Shown here: positions 1 through 64,000 of the stretch, piece after piece | Position numbering within the stretch: position 1 is the first letter of the stretch | How the letters are laid out: each line of letters opens with the position of its first letter | Assembly (NCBI GenBank): GCA_964016885.1 | Contig: OZ024761.1 | Coordinates: 15,252,001 to 15,316,000 of the forward strand | DNA from: Eledone cirrhosa | Taxonomy: Eukaryota | DNA length: 64,000 nt | Direction of reading: 5' to 3' | Program-made: the position numbers and the translations under genes | Notes under the pieces: generated by a model | Databases searched by the model: none | What the model was told of the DNA's origin: nothing | What the model saw: only the letters and a program-made list of their open reading frames with translations

Positions 1-63656
<63,656 letters not shown>

Positions 63657-63811
63657 CTGTGAATAAAAATATACAAAACATACACACAAGTATTTGTGTG
63701 TGTGCATATATATATACATATGTGTATATATATATACTTCACTATCCAGGAAAAACTTGAACCGTTAAGGTATTTTTCTTGGTTATGTCAATATTTATAA
63801 AACAAACTTTG

Positions 63812-63872
63812 TATTTTATCTGATGAAAGCGTACCAAAGTTTTGGTACCCTTGAAATATATATAATAGAATA
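63812..63872 (+). ncRNA. Type I hammerhead ribozyme (solo copy)
   Basis: TATTTTAT-CTGATGA-AAGC GTACCAAA gt TTTGGTAC CCTT-GAAA-TATATATA^-ATAGAATA. Confidence 0.78.
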
Positions 63873-64000
63873 AATATGGTTTTATAAATATAGTTTCCAT
63901 TTATTTAATATCATTGAATATATATGGAGGCACATGGCTTAGTGGTTAGAGCATTGGCCTTGCAATCGAAAGGTTGTGAGTTCAATTCTCAGACCGGGTG

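Overview
Eukaryotic, AT-rich, microsatellite-laden genomic DNA; the SINE/LINE repertoire suggests a cephalopod, probably Octopus (inference). The whole window lies inside one minus-strand gene, an axonemal dynein heavy chain most similar to DNAH2. I traced 37 consecutive GT-AG exons by hand (63656 down to 1, about 5.9 kb / about 1980 codons, every splice phase consistent). They cover the linker, AAA1-AAA4 and the start of the stalk/microtubule-binding domain. The introns hold a near-intact RTE LINE, a Penelope-like element (RT + GIY-YIG), Tc1/mariner copies, hAT, piggyBac-type and Helitron non-autonomous elements, two tRNA-derived SINE families and minisatellites. The most notable signal is about 10 copies of an AT-rich type I hammerhead ribozyme family with a covarying stem II and a palindromic stem III. 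Most copies sit divergently on both arms of 300-400 bp near-perfect palindromes inserted in (TA)n tracts. A distinct minimal hammerhead lies at the 3' end of the Penelope element. All folds were done by eye; no search or folding program was run.
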